A stretch of DNA of 64,000 nucleotides. Source: Eledone cirrhosa. Lineage: Eukaryota. Position numbers and translations under genes: made by a program. The notes beneath the pieces are model-generated. The model had not been told where the DNA came from, made no database searches, and saw nothing but the letters and a program-made list of their open reading frames with translations. Positions 61,577-64,000 of this stretch are shown here, in pieces (within the stretch, counting starts at the first letter, position 1; every line of letters starts with the position of its first letter). The stretch spans positions 230,454,001 to 230,518,000 of the forward strand of contig OZ024742.1 of NCBI GenBank assembly GCA_964016885.1. Reading direction: 5' to 3'.

Positions 61577-63546
61577 CATGTGTACACATATACATCCCAG
61601 TATACATGCGTGTGTTCTTTATGTGAGTATTGGAAGAAGAAGAAGAAGAAGAAGAAGAAGAAGATATGGATAAAGTAATTGAAGAGTAAGAAGTAATTAG
61701 ATCAATTTTTAAGAAATGGTAATGATAATCAGCATTGACTATTGTCTGTAAGAATGTTTTATCTTTCTAACGAAAGGAGAAAAGGTAATGAACACAGAGA
61801 GAGGAAGAGATCGATAGATATATCAACATAGCACGATAAGGAGAAATCGATTGAGATATATAGAGTGTTATAGAAAGAGGAAGATAGAGGTAGATAGTGA
61901 GAAAGAAAAAGTGAGAGTGAGTAACAGAGAAAAAGATAGTGAATGAGAGAGAGAGAGAAGAGGGGTAGAGAAGTCATTGACGGTTAACTATTGCTTATAG
62001 TACATTATTCGGCACGTTTTAAACTGACGATGCAATAAATATAAAGTGAACAGCACTTCACACTCTTTCTGAAAGAGAATTCTCTACGATATTCACGGTG
62101 ATATTATATTCTTGATTGTAATGAATATCGTGAAGACTACATTAAGTAGTCTATTAGTGTCTACTAACCCGAAATATAGACAATTTCTATTCTCAGTCTG
62201 CTTCAGAAATTTGGAATAGAAGCCAACATATTAAACAATTAGAAAATTAAAAAATACTTTTCTACTTTTGATAAAAACTATTAAGCCGGTACTTATTCTG
62301 CGATACCACAGTGTTTATATTATTTTTAAAAAGTGTTTAGATTTATCTAAAATGTCCGGTGAATTGGCACATTAGATAAAGCGTCAGATAGAATGCTATT
62401 CATTCTGCCTCTATGTCTTTCATCAACAGCATGATGATGATCATCATCATCGTTTAACGTCCATCTTCCACGCTAGGATGGGTTAGACGGTTTTGTTCCA
62501 TTTGATGTGAGATTAGTCGGGAGACCGTGTCTCACTCGTACAGAAGTGTCTCTAGCTGGTTTTCTACGGCTAGATGCCCTTCCTAACACCAACCACTTTT
62601 AGAATGTGGACAGGGAATCTTTTTACCGTGTCTCCTACACAACCACCTTACGGTGTGAACTGAGTGCTTTTCGTTGTGTCACCGACAGAGTGGACGGAAA
62701 TTGGAAGATGGGGGAGGGTGTATGAGGTGGGGTGTATATTGGGTTAAGAGGTGCCTACTGACTGGAGGTTTATATGCAAGGGAAGGCGGGTCTTCTGTAC
62801 AACTGCATGGCGTCAGTGCAAATCTCGCCGGGGTCAACTTTAGATTTTTCCTCTACATCTTTTTCTGAAACGAAACCACATACCAACTTGAAAGCAAAAA
62901 TCAGAGCCATTTTACCTCGATTAGAAAATATTATTTTTATTATTGTCGTTACCCTCAAAGCTTATTGATTTTAGCGACGTCATCATCGTCGTCATTTTTG
63001 TTGTTGTTGTCATTGTTATTCTAGTTGTTGTTATCGACGTCTAATGTCATTTGTCAACTTCATCATTGTTTCCAGATGTGAGATCTATTTAAAAACAAAA
63101 AAATCTTTATAGTTGTAAATACTAGGTTATTTTTTTCCAACTTCCTTTCTACCGTATGTTTATCCTCGGAGATATTCAACCTGTGGAAGGAAATTGAATA
63201 GAATCTCTGATAAGCAACGATAGCATATAACAATAAACGAAAAAATTATACTAATAAACTAATATCTTTAATTGAAGGTTATCGATATTTTATTACCATT
63301 CAATTTCCTTCACACACAGAAAACCCCGAATTCCCAGACATATTGTAGCACTCATTAATGAACATACAGTTTATACGTATGTAAGTGTGTATATATATGG
63401 AAACAGCTGTGAATATAAGCAGTGTGTGTGTTTGCGTGTGTGTGTGTGTGTATGTATGTGTACGTATAAAAATAGATATATATGTGTGCACACGAAATAC
63501 ATGCAGGCAGAAACACAATACATTTGTAACACACACACACACACAT

Positions 63547-63652
<106 letters not shown>

Positions 63653-64000
63653 ATGTATGTGCATGTGCCTGTGCGTGTGTGTATTATATCATTTTGGACT
63701 CTTTAAATAGGCATTCATTAAAATGTATGAAATCCATAAGGAAGGAATACATCGTAATGGATGCAAAGGAGAAAGATGTAAATGTTTCAACCAATACAAT
63801 CTCAAGCCGCATACGATCAAAAGGAGTTGTGGAACTAAATAAATTAAAAGACATAAGATTTCATATATAAATAAAGCCAGTCCTGTAATTCAAATCATAT
63901 TCATTCGACTGCTGGTAAAACCAAAAAAATATTACTGTAAGCAATCTACTAACCTTAAAATTGTATAATTATTTGTAGTCCACGTAGAAGATTTTATTTT

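Overview
AT-rich animal non-coding DNA with no intact protein-coding gene that I can support. The SINE families and the density of (TA)n/(CA)n/(GA)n tracts suggest an octopus/coleoid genome (inference from recalled repeat motifs). Nearly all listed ORFs are microsatellite translations. The window holds giant interrupted (TA)n tracts, tRNA-derived SINEs with TSDs, RTE-clade LINE fragments and internally deleted RTE derivatives, a CRE-type remnant, a Tc1/mariner remnant and a non-autonomous Helitron. The main finding is a set of about 17 short inserts from at least 8 sequence families, most of them in or abutting (TA)n tracts. They share one architecture: a type I hammerhead ribozyme motif (whole or partial), a short 3' tail that often carries a conserved RCTC...GAGY stem-loop, and often a 5' fold-back palindrome. 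In three families the palindrome axis is hammerhead stem II itself. They most likely represent termini of Penelope-like retroelements integrated through snap-back cDNA, and intact, partly deleted and collapsed states all occur here. All folds were done by eye and none is experimentally tested.
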